A stretch of DNA of 64,000 nt from an archaeon. GTDB taxonomy: Archaea > Micrarchaeota > Micrarchaeia > Norongarragalinales > UBA97. Numbering within the stretch: position 1 is the stretch's first letter; every line of letters begins with the position of its first letter. Below, in pieces: positions 1 to 8,401 of this stretch. The translations under genes were made by a program, and so were the position numbers. The DNA lies in contig JAGVFW010000011.1 of assembly GCA_020057405.1 (NCBI GenBank), forward strand, positions 13,111-77,110, in the 5' to 3' direction. Under the pieces are notes generated by a model. It was given only the letters and a program-made list of their open reading frames with translations. It did not search any database and was not told the origin of the DNA.

Positions 1-36
1 CCAATTCACCCGACTAAGCAAGAGCTATTCGAAGAA

Positions 37-441
37 TTGCTCATCATGAGGGACATTGGTGGCCTGAAAATACTCCCCTCAACCAAAGAAGGCCTCATCA
101 CATTCAGCCGAATTCCAAAAGAAATAGGCTACAAAGGCACTTGGGGCAGGGTGCGCGCGGTATACGAGGCGAAAACATCAAGCGGAACAGCACAGTATAC
201 CGCACAAGTAGACTTTGACGATAGCAGACGCCTTGACACCAAATATTGTTCAGGCTGGAGCGGCTCTAAATTCGCGGAATTTAATGGCGTGACTTTATGC
301 CAAGGACCTCCCGGAGAGAAAACAACTGCATACTACTGGAATAGTGGGTTTTTCGGAGTGAAAATACTACAGCCACCCGACCAAGAGCTTAACGCGCCAC
401 TCGTTTCCGCCTACCTAGCCAAATACCCGGCTGACAACTAG
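37..441 (+). CDS. hypothetical protein (134 aa)
   Basis: ORF at window edge with no recognisable motifs. Confidence 0.3.
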   Translation: MLIMRDIGGLKILPSTKEGLITFSRIPKEIGYKGTWGRVRAVYEAKTSSGTAQYTAQVDFDDSRRLDTKYCSGWSGSKFAEFNGVTLCQGPPGEKTTAYYWNSGFFGVKILQPPDQELNAPLVSAYLAKYPADN

Positions 442-489
442 CCTCACTTGCGCAAAGCAAGAAAAGGCTTTACATGATAAGGTGAAGTT

Positions 490-894
490 ATGCCGAAAAT
501 TATGCTTGCAGGGTGCGTCATCCTAAACGAGGAAGGAAAAGTGCTTTTGCTCCACCGCAAGGAAGCGGGAAAGAGCCAATGGGAACTTCCTGGCGGCAAG
601 ATAGAGGAGGGCGAGGAGCCCTGGCAGGCTGCTGTGCGCGAGTCGCTAGAGGAAGTGGGTGTCGAGCCCGCGATTGCGATGGAGCTTGGCTTCCGCGAAT
701 TCCGCGAGAGTGCGGCAATTTACAAGTACTACTGGTTCTCCGCGACTATTGACAAGCCGCCTTCAATCAAGGAGAGCAAGTTTGACAAGCTCGCTTACTT
801 TTCGTGGCACGACATGACAATAATGCGCGAGGAACTCTCGCCAAACGCGCGCAACCTCCTCCAGGCATACGAGGACAACAAGCTGCCCCTCTAA
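490..894 (+). CDS. NUDIX hydrolase
   Basis: Nudix box GGKIEEGEEPWQAAVRESLEEVGV (GX5EX7REUXEEXGU). Confidence 0.8.
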   Translation: MPKIMLAGCVILNEEGKVLLLHRKEAGKSQWELPGGKIEEGEEPWQAAVRESLEEVGVEPAIAMELGFREFRESAAIYKYYWFSATIDKPPSIKESKFDKLAYFSWHDMTIMREELSPNARNLLQAYEDNKLPL

Positions 895-948
895 GGCCAA
901 AGACTGCCGCAACTAATTTATTCAATCAACGCCCCCATTAGAAGTTCG

Positions 949-1704
949 ATGAAAAAACTCTTGCGGCGTGTCGCCGCGGCTGCCGTTTTACTTAGCGCTT
1001 CCGCGACGACGGGAAACGTCGGTCCGGCAATAGCCCGCTCGTCACAACCGTTTGCCTTCCACGCCTCGCCCGCAAGCAATATCGAAGTTTTGCGGCCGGC
1101 AAAGGGCCAGTCGCTAAAGGCGTTCGCCGCCTCCACCAAGGGCAAGTACAAGTGGGTTGTCAACGCGGGTTTCTTCAACCCAAAAAACCGCATGCCAATA
1201 GGATTTCTGCGGGACGATGGCCAACACATTGACTCAATCCACTTAACGTCAAGCCGAAGCGCCCTCGGAATCTTCGAGATTGGCGAGCAGCGGTTTGCGT
1301 CAATTGACCGCGTGCTGCACACCAAGTCCGGAAAAATTTATTACCGCATCACGAGCGGCTACGACTGGAAAAAAGCAATCGAGGCAGTGCAGGGAGGCCC
1401 GAGGCTCGTGCAGGATGGGAAAGTTGTCTTCGGCACGCAAGAGCACCGCGAAGGGTTCAAGCCCGACGTCTTGAAAGGCGCAAACCGCAGGACCGTCGTT
1501 GGGCTCGACGCGGACGGCAACGTCATGGTGCTCGTGTTCAATAAAGACATTGGCCTAAAGGACGCCGCAGAGGCAATGAAGCGGAAAAACGCCGTCCACG
1601 CCTTCAACCTCGACGGCGGCACTAGCACGACGCTTATTGAGGACGGAAAACTGCGGCTCTACTCCGGCCGCTACCCGCCAGTCTACCTCGCTGGCCGCAA
1701 GTAG
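949..1704 (+). CDS. secreted phosphodiester glycosidase-like protein (DUF2233/NAGPA-like)
   Basis: N-terminal signal peptide (MKKLLRRVAAAAVLLSASA); GPRLVQDGKVV, VVGLDADGNVMVLVF and FNLDGGTSTTL motifs typical of the phosphodiester glycosidase family. Confidence 0.5.
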   Translation: MKKLLRRVAAAAVLLSASATTGNVGPAIARSSQPFAFHASPASNIEVLRPAKGQSLKAFAASTKGKYKWVVNAGFFNPKNRMPIGFLRDDGQHIDSIHLTSSRSALGIFEIGEQRFASIDRVLHTKSGKIYYRITSGYDWKKAIEAVQGGPRLVQDGKVVFGTQEHREGFKPDVLKGANRRTVVGLDADGNVMVLVFNKDIGLKDAAEAMKRKNAVHAFNLDGGTSTTLIEDGKLRLYSGRYPPVYLAGRK

Positions 1705-1778
1705 GCAGAAGAGCGTTTAATAGCCAGCGCGGGCAACACTGACGCCCAAGCCAAAGCCCCACGCCCCCAACAATAAGT

Positions 1779-1985
1779 TCAGCGCTTCTTCTTGGCCTTC
1801 TCGGGCCGAGTCTTTCTTGCAGGACGGCAGGCGTGGCCTTCAACTGGTTTTGAAAACTCTTTTCCGCACTGCGGGCACTTCCAAAAGCCGATGCGCTTGA
1901 TGAGTGAAGTGACGCTTGAGACGACGCGCTTGTGCTCTTCACTCATATTGCCGTGCTCCTCAAAAACTTCTTGAGTGGAGACCAA
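1779..1985 (-). CDS. small zinc-ribbon protein with Lys/Arg-rich C-terminus
   Basis: CPQCG...H..C metal-binding pattern and basic tail in a 68-aa ORF; start may be the internal Met at 1946. Confidence 0.35.
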   Translation of the reverse strand: MVSTQEVFEEHGNMSEEHKRVVSSVTSLIKRIGFWKCPQCGKEFSKPVEGHACRPARKTRPEKAKKKR

Positions 1986-2338
1986 TAGAATTCCTTCCAG
2001 CCGCTTGCGATGTCTTTAGCAAATTCTTCGGGAACGCCGGTTTGAACGAAAGTGAGCTTGGTGTTCTTGCCGGCGGCGGTTAATTGAAAAACAACTTTGG
2101 AGAAAACGCCGTCGGGCCAGTCGCTGGCGCGCCACGCTTGGACAATTTTCTTTGATTCAACCAGCTCGAGGTTCTTCCCTGTTGCCCAACCGTCAAAGGC
2201 AGTGAACTTGCCGCCCGGTATCCGGCTGATTACAGCCTTGCCTCCCGTAAACGCGGAGTGCTTGGCCGAATCCATCAAAGCGGCGTAAACTAGAACAGGT
2301 TTTGCGGGCAGAATGACCGACTGGCGGATTGACTTCAT
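1943..2338 (-). CDS. SRPBCC/AHSA1 (activator of Hsp90 ATPase-like) family protein
   Basis: Composition and WKEFYW / GWATGKNLELVE motifs resemble the AHSA1/START-like fold. Confidence 0.55.
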   Translation of the reverse strand: MKSIRQSVILPAKPVLVYAALMDSAKHSAFTGGKAVISRIPGGKFTAFDGWATGKNLELVESKKIVQAWRASDWPDGVFSKVVFQLTAAGKNTKLTFVQTGVPEEFAKDIASGWKEFYWSPLKKFLRSTAI

Positions 2339-2384
2339 TTAACCAAAGCCAATAGGAAAACGAGGTTTTTTAAGCCCCCGAAAA

Positions 2385-2852
2385 TTGGCTTTAAAGGGGG
2401 AAACCCCGTTTGGAGAGGTGGTTTGGGAAATGATTGAAATAGTCACTAATTGGATGGCAGTCGTTGCCGCGGCAGTTTCGGCAATGGTAATCGGCTACGT
2501 TTGGTACGGCCCGCTTTTCGGAAAGATGTGGATGAAACTAATGGGAGTCAAGGAAATGGGCGACAAGAACGGCATGATGAAGGGTATGGCGCTCGACTTT
2601 CTCGGCGCCCTCGTGATGTCCTACGGGTTCGTCTTCACCCTGTCGTTTGCCATTGCAGCCGGGTTTGTGGCTAAAGGCGATTTCGTCAGCGGCGCGATGG
2701 GCGGATTCTGGGTCTGGCTCACCTTCGTCGCAACGGTGATGCTCGGCATGGTCGCCTGGGAAAAGAAGCCCTGGAACCTGTACTTCATCAACGTCGGCTA
2801 CCGCCTAGTGTCGATGGCAGTGATGGCAGGAATCATCACCGCGTGGATGTAA
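2385..2852 (+). CDS. DUF1761-like integral membrane protein
   Basis: Four predicted TM segments; VIGYVWYGPLFGKMWMKLMG motif. Confidence 0.5.
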   Translation: MALKGETPFGEVVWEMIEIVTNWMAVVAAAVSAMVIGYVWYGPLFGKMWMKLMGVKEMGDKNGMMKGMALDFLGALVMSYGFVFTLSFAIAAGFVAKGDFVSGAMGGFWVWLTFVATVMLGMVAWEKKPWNLYFINVGYRLVSMAVMAGIITAWM

Positions 2853-2948
2853 GCACTTCGCCCATTCTTCCGACGGGGGACCCGGCAAACCCCCCAACAC
2901 TCTTTTTTATTACCCTCTTTTCCCTAACAACCTAGAGAGTGGGTCGTT

Positions 2949-3626
2949 ATGCGGTTCTTCAAGTACGGCGAGAAAGGCAGTGAAATCCTGGCAATAGTGC
3001 TGCCTGGAAGCATCCAGCGAAGCTCAATGGTGAAGGAAGGCGACGAGTACGAGTTCATCGAATTGGCTCCGGGGGCTTTCTTCCTCGCAAGCAAGGCATA
3101 TCTCTCCGACGTGACTAGAAAAGACCTCGTCGCCAAGCTTGGAGCCAAGGTATTTGAATCAAGCGTCAAGCCCGCCGGGCAAACGACCGCGGCGCCCGTT
3201 TCGCAAACAGCCGTCCCGGCTCCAGTGGCCAAGGTAGAGTCTCCAAAACAGTGGGCGGCAGTCGGGGTACCGCAGTCGGCTTCAAAGAACTACTTTGAGG
3301 GCGAACTTGAAAAGCAGGGCTTTTTGGTCGTGGAAAACGAGGCCGAGGCCAAGGAACTCAGTAAAGCGCTCGAGGCCCGCATCAAGACGGGCGACGTCAA
3401 GGGCGTGCGCGGGTTTGACAAAAAGTTTTACATCGTCAGCCGCGAGTTCTACGAGTCGAATGTCGCAAAAGTGATGAACTCGCCGCCCAAGTCGGAATTC
3501 ACTGCCGCCGAAGTCACGGGCATCGTGAAAACTCCCGAACCCGGCGCCGCCGCACTATTGCAAGTGATGAAGGAAGAAGGCCAGTTGCTTGAGAAGCGCC
3601 GCGGCTACTACCAAATCATCAGGTAG
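2949..3626 (+). CDS. hypothetical protein (225 aa)
   Basis: Long ORF with coding-like composition and a plausible TTG/ATG context; no recognisable motif. Confidence 0.4.
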   Translation: MRFFKYGEKGSEILAIVLPGSIQRSSMVKEGDEYEFIELAPGAFFLASKAYLSDVTRKDLVAKLGAKVFESSVKPAGQTTAAPVSQTAVPAPVAKVESPKQWAAVGVPQSASKNYFEGELEKQGFLVVENEAEAKELSKALEARIKTGDVKGVRGFDKKFYIVSREFYESNVAKVMNSPPKSEFTAAEVTGIVKTPEPGAAALLQVMKEEGQLLEKRRGYYQIIR

Positions 3627-3635
3627 TGATGAAAA

Positions 3636-4271
3636 TTGGTTAGGAAGCAAGCTCTCTTTTCCAAGATGGCTACGTGGCCCGGCCGCCACGCTTCACTGAT
3701 TAAGGAAATGGCGCGCATCCTGCCCTCAAGCGGCAGGCTCGAAATCGTGAACTACGGGCCTGGCGTGATGCACAAGGGCTTTGTTCCGCTGGTGCCAAAA
3801 GGGGAAAAAGCATCCAAGGGCCCGCTCGTGCGCAGCTGGGGCCGCGCAATCCGCCTAGTTGAAAGTACGGCCAGAAGACGCATGGAAACTCCCGAAGGCC
3901 TCGTGACTTTCGAGCCTTTTGAAATCGCCCAGGCGATGGGCGAGGAGAAAAAAGACTTCCGCCTGACCGTCATCGACAAGAAGAGCCATGTGCAAACTGT
4001 GATGGAAAACTCTCCGAGTTATCCTTTGCATCGCAAGAACATCCGCTTCATCAACGCCGGCATAGAAACATTGAGCACGCCCGCCCACGGCATTGTCGCA
4101 CTTGCCGTGATTGGCTACGCAGACCGAAAGAAAGCGGTTGCGAACATGGCAAAAGCGCTCGAGACCGGAGGGGTTCTTGCAACCGACCACCTCACGGAGA
4201 AAGAAATGGCGGAGCACGGCCTGAAACTCCACAGGAAGTACGCCGACGGCGCACTCTACGTCAAGCAATAA
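3636..4271 (+). CDS. hypothetical protein, possible Rossmann/methyltransferase-like
   Basis: LEIVNYGPG resembles a Gly-rich motif I; otherwise unassigned. Confidence 0.35.
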   Translation: MVRKQALFSKMATWPGRHASLIKEMARILPSSGRLEIVNYGPGVMHKGFVPLVPKGEKASKGPLVRSWGRAIRLVESTARRRMETPEGLVTFEPFEIAQAMGEEKKDFRLTVIDKKSHVQTVMENSPSYPLHRKNIRFINAGIETLSTPAHGIVALAVIGYADRKKAVANMAKALETGGVLATDHLTEKEMAEHGLKLHRKYADGALYVKQ

Positions 4272-4273
4272 CC

Positions 4274-4285
4274 GGGGGGGGGGGG
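4274..4285 (+). repeat. G12 homopolymer tract
   Basis: Twelve consecutive G, 2 nt after the stop of the 3636-4271 gene. Confidence 0.9.
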
Positions 4286-5148
4286 AATACCGGAATGCCG
4301 CTGTTTTTATTCCGTCCCGCGGTTCGCCCTATTACCCACTAAAGTGATGCCCCCCTATGCCGTCAGTCTTCGTACTGTCAAACGACCGCCAGTCAACAGA
4401 CTCAGCCATGGCGTTTACCGGCGACGAGTTAATCGTGCTCGTCGTCATCGACAAGGGCGCCCTCGCGACGAGCTTCGATTCAAGAATGGACGCGATTGAA
4501 CGAAAGGCAATGGCCCTTGAGCACAAGCTCGCATCTATCGGCAAAAAGTGCCGAGTCATAGTCGAGTGGGGCGACAAGAATGAAGTCGTCGCAAATACCC
4601 TCACCCGCGAGCGGGCGCAACTTTTGCCTAGCTGATTCGCTTTAGCCCGAAGCCATTATATTCCGCCTGCTGGAAGTCAATAGAATATGGCGGCCAAACA
4701 CTTCCTGCGCAACAACGCCCAGTTGATTAAAGGACTCAGGCAAATTACTGCCGCCAGCGACAGGCCTCTAAGCATGGCAAGTTTGGCGGGCTCGATGCAC
4801 AAAAAAAATCGCGCTCGGCCTTGGCCGCATGAATGTTCGCACCGAAAACCAAGCGATTTCACGAAGCGGCAACCGCGCAGACATTGTCGTCGCCCTAAGC
4901 ACGCCGGTAGCCAACTTGTCTAAGCGGAGCCTGCACTTGAGTGCGGCCCGCTCTGCAATGGCAAACGGCGGGTGGCTTGTCACAAAACCACTCGCGCCAG
5001 AAGAACTCCTGGCTCACTCGCTAAAAGAACACGCCAACTACGGAAAAACAGCCATTTACGTGGTAGACGAAAAGACGCGATCGCGCCGGTAAACGCACCC
5101 TCCCCCCGCGCCGCCGATAATAAAAGCCTGCGCGACATAAGCACCTTC

Positions 5149-6312
5149 ATGCTGCATCCGCGCCTCATTAAAGACGCAATCCACGACTCGATTGAGCTTA
5201 GCGACGTGGAGTTGGCCGTCATCGACTCACCTCTTTTCCAGCGCCTGCGGTTCGTGCGCCAGCTCTCGACCGCCTATTTAGTCTACCCGAGTGCGATGCA
5301 CACGCGGTTTGAACACTCGCTTGGCGCGATGCACTTGACGGGCGTCCTTGCGCGGCGCTTGGGCTTTCCTGAAGGCAAAGTGCGGGCCCTGCGCCTCGCG
5401 GCGCTTTTGCACGACATTGGCCACGGGGCTTTTGCACACGTGAGTGACCCGCTCTTGCAGGAAAAGACGGGAAAAATGCACGAGACGCGCGGGCTTGACC
5501 TCGTGCGCCGAAGCGGGCTAAAGGAAATCGTCGAGGACGCGGGAGTCAGCCTCAAGGAATTAAGCCGGCTGATGGAAGGCAATGACGAGGGTGCCATTAT
5601 CACTAGGGACCTGGGCACCGACAGGATCGACTATCTCTTGCGCGACGCGCACTTTACTGGAGTGGCGTACAGCACGATTGACGCAGACAGGCTCCTCCAC
5701 ACCATGGCTTATCGCAAGGGCGAGTTGTTTGTTGAAGAGCGGGGAATGTTGGCTGCCGAGAGCCTCCTGGTTTCAAGGCACTTCATGTTCAAGGCAGTCT
5801 ACTACCACCCCACCGTACGCATATCTGGCGAGATGGTCGCCCAGGCGATGCGCGAGGCCCTAGCCGACGGGCGGATTGCGCTTAACGACATTGCCCAAGG
5901 CAGCGACGAGCGGCTGCTCTACACGCTTGAGGCGGCCGGAAGCGACTTGGCGCGCAGGCTGCTTGAACGGCGGCTCTTCAAGTCAGCCTACTCAGTCGAC
6001 TTTCGCCGGGGCGCGGGTGCGCTTGCGACGGTCCGTTCAGCCGGCTTCAGGAAGCGCTTTGCCAAGCACATGGAAGAAAACGGGTTTATGCAAGACGATT
6101 ATTTGGTGTCGTTGCCTGACAGGCGGGAATCGCACTTTAGCGCCAAAGTCTTGCTAAAGGACGGCAGGACGACTACCCTTGACCAAGCAAGCGGCCTGGT
6201 GCGCGCCCTTGAGGCCGAGGGGCCGGAAAGCCCGCTTATTGTCGCCTGCAAGCCCGGGCTAAGGGAAAAAGTTGCAAAAGCGTCGAAAGCGTTTTTCAGC
6301 CGCTTACGCTAG
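5149..6312 (+). CDS. HD-domain phosphohydrolase (dNTPase/SAMHD1-like)
   Basis: H..HSLGAMHL and LHDIGHGAFAH metal-binding motifs. Start placed at the internal Met (MLHPRLIKDAIHDSIEL) that matches the family N-terminus; the ORF finder's longer 4972 start adds a basic, low-complexity extension. Confidence 0.75.
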   Translation: MLHPRLIKDAIHDSIELSDVELAVIDSPLFQRLRFVRQLSTAYLVYPSAMHTRFEHSLGAMHLTGVLARRLGFPEGKVRALRLAALLHDIGHGAFAHVSDPLLQEKTGKMHETRGLDLVRRSGLKEIVEDAGVSLKELSRLMEGNDEGAIITRDLGTDRIDYLLRDAHFTGVAYSTIDADRLLHTMAYRKGELFVEERGMLAAESLLVSRHFMFKAVYYHPTVRISGEMVAQAMREALADGRIALNDIAQGSDERLLYTLEAAGSDLARRLLERRLFKSAYSVDFRRGAGALATVRSAGFRKRFAKHMEENGFMQDDYLVSLPDRRESHFSAKVLLKDGRTTTLDQASGLVRALEAEGPESPLIVACKPGLREKVAKASKAFFSRLR

Positions 6313-6510
6313 CGGGCGAAAATTTGGAGAAGAAGCTCGATGACGATTACGAAGACTGCAAATCCGACGACGAGCTTTGGGTCAAGCTGGATGTTGCTTG
6401 CGCTCACGTCATAAAATCGCATGAGCCCGGTGCTTCCCGCGGGTGCGGTAATGCGCTCGTCTGCCATAGTCTTTATTAAATCGGCAAACGCATTTAAAGC
6501 GTTGGTTGTA

Positions 6511-7371
6511 ATGGCGGACGACATCAAGGGCGTGCTAAAAGAAATCCCCAACATCATAGTTTTAATCCTGCTAATCGCCGCGCTCTTATTTGTCGCAACC
6601 AAGTTCAAGTGGGTTCACTGCAGCCAAATCCCGCAGTGGTGCGATGTCTACTGCCGCATCACGGGCAACTCGCAGGTGGCAGTAATTTACGGCGCTCCCG
6701 ACGACCCGGGCACCGGCGATGCTCTTCTCTTGCGACGCAGGATAACGGCCGAGCGGCTCTTTACTAACGTCGTGCCGTTTCGGTCAAGTGAATTGTCGGG
6801 GGGTATCCTCGATGACTACGAGATGGTGGCCCTAACCCAGTTCAAGCGCATCACTTTACGCGAGGCGATTGTATTGCGCGACTTTCTTAACAAGGGCGGG
6901 TCGCTCTTGTGGGAGGGCGACGCTGCAAGCGAGTACAGGTTTAGCGGGGAGGACGACACTTACGCGAGGCAGATGAATCTCACGAGCCCCGGCTTCTACG
7001 AGGCATTCAAGGACGCGGTCGTCAACAAGAGCAAGGGATTCGGCATTTTGGGCGACATTCTTGGCGCGCAATACAACAAGACCGTGCCCGCAAACCCGCA
7101 AATCATCCGCATCAAGGCGCTCTCCGAAAGCCACATGGTAGTGCAGGGAGTCAAGAACTTCAACCTCTCCCGCGCGCCCTACGCGATTGTCACCGCCGAC
7201 CCGCGATACTCCACCCAAGTCGCGGTTTTCAGGACGCCGGACGACAAGAGCCACCCCATGTTCCTCGATAGAAAGTACGTGGGCCGGCTGTTTTACACTG
7301 CAGTGCCCCTCGAGTACATCGACAGCCGCACGCTTTTGACCAACGTAATGGACTACATGGTGACGTGCTGA
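6511..7371 (+). CDS. membrane-anchored GATase1-like (ThuA / GH42-trimerisation-like) protein, paralog A
   Basis: N-terminal TM (IIVLILLIAALLFVA); VAVIYGAPDD...YEMVAL...LRDFLNKGGSLLW pattern of class-I amidotransferase-like folds. Start chosen at Met 6511. Confidence 0.4.
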   Translation: MADDIKGVLKEIPNIIVLILLIAALLFVATKFKWVHCSQIPQWCDVYCRITGNSQVAVIYGAPDDPGTGDALLLRRRITAERLFTNVVPFRSSELSGGILDDYEMVALTQFKRITLREAIVLRDFLNKGGSLLWEGDAASEYRFSGEDDTYARQMNLTSPGFYEAFKDAVVNKSKGFGILGDILGAQYNKTVPANPQIIRIKALSESHMVVQGVKNFNLSRAPYAIVTADPRYSTQVAVFRTPDDKSHPMFLDRKYVGRLFYTAVPLEYIDSRTLLTNVMDYMVTC

Positions 7372-8312
7372 GGGGAAAGAAAGAGTTTAAATACGGGAGA
7401 ATGTTTTATAAACTGCAACCAGTAAAATCAGATACGCTGTTAAAACTCTTCAATGGTGATGAATTTATGAAGCGCGGTCAGGCTTATGTTCCTTCGGGCG
7501 GCAGCCACATGTTCGAGAGCGCCATCCCGCTCATCCTCATCGCCATTCTCGCAATCTTCATCGCAGGGCGCTTCGGCATCATCGACTTTAGCGGCGTCCC
7601 CGTGCTCAACAGCATCTTCCCCTCGCCGAAAATTGTAGTCGGCGTGGTCGGACGCGCTTCGCCCGAAATGGAGCAACTGCTCCAGAGCGAGGACTTTAGA
7701 GTCGCAGGAGTATACTACGCCGGCAACATTGACCAGCGCGTAGTCTACAACGGCGTGCTCAACAACTTCGACGTAGTCATAGCCCAAGGCGACCCCGTCT
7801 GCGACAGAACAGCTAGGAAGGTCATGGGAGACCGCGTGAAGGCTGGCGGCAAGCTCATGATAATCCAGGATGCCTGCACTCGCGTAAGCGATGACAGGGC
7901 AGCGTTTGGCTGGGACATTGGCATCGGCAGCCTTGGAGACGTAGTGCCAGTAATCATCGGCGGCGTTACCAAGGAACTCACGCCGTGGACTACTGAACCC
8001 CGCGCAGGCAAGTTCAAGATTATCGACGTCGAGCACCCGATATTTAATGGCGTGAAGAACTTCCAGTTCTTCTCAACCATTACCTTCATCACGGTGCCCA
8101 AGCCCAACGCGCGCATCCTCGCGTTCATCGACGCGAGCTCGATTGGCAGGCCGACCGGCGAGAGCTGGTTTGCCATCGTCGAGAGCCAGGGACTGCTTTC
8201 AGGCAAGGTCATTTACTTCAGCTTTGACCCCGCCACGGTTGCAGTCCAGGGCGGAACCGGCAGGAACATGTTCCTCAACACCCTGCTCTACCTGCGCGGC
8301 GCAAAGGGCTAA
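7365..8312 (+). CDS. membrane-anchored GATase1-like protein, paralog B
   Basis: Same architecture and size as the 6511-7371 protein (TM, then VKAGGKLMIIQD); overlaps the upstream gene by 7 nt; start uncertain. Confidence 0.4.
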   Translation: MLRGKKEFKYGRMFYKLQPVKSDTLLKLFNGDEFMKRGQAYVPSGGSHMFESAIPLILIAILAIFIAGRFGIIDFSGVPVLNSIFPSPKIVVGVVGRASPEMEQLLQSEDFRVAGVYYAGNIDQRVVYNGVLNNFDVVIAQGDPVCDRTARKVMGDRVKAGGKLMIIQDACTRVSDDRAAFGWDIGIGSLGDVVPVIIGGVTKELTPWTTEPRAGKFKIIDVEHPIFNGVKNFQFFSTITFITVPKPNARILAFIDASSIGRPTGESWFAIVESQGLLSGKVIYFSFDPATVAVQGGTGRNMFLNTLLYLRGAKG

Positions 8313-8373
8313 GTCCCACTCCGCTGGCCTTTTGGCCAGCTCTTTTATTTTTCAAAACCCCCCAGCGCCTAGC

Positions 8374-8380
8374 TTTTAAT
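8374..8380 (+). promoter_or_regulatory. TATA-like box (TTTTAAT) ~25 nt upstream of the GTG start at 8402
   Basis: Archaeal TTTAWA-like element at spacing consistent with a leaderless transcript. Confidence 0.35.
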
Positions 8381-8401
8381 TCACTTCGAGGTTAGCATAG
8401 C

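Noticed and set aside
4829-5148. 87-aa ORF and long N-terminal extension upstream of the HD phosphohydrolase
   Set aside because: The extension is basic and low-complexity, and the HD family N-terminus aligns to the internal Met at 5149. It is probably untranslated leader or promoter region.
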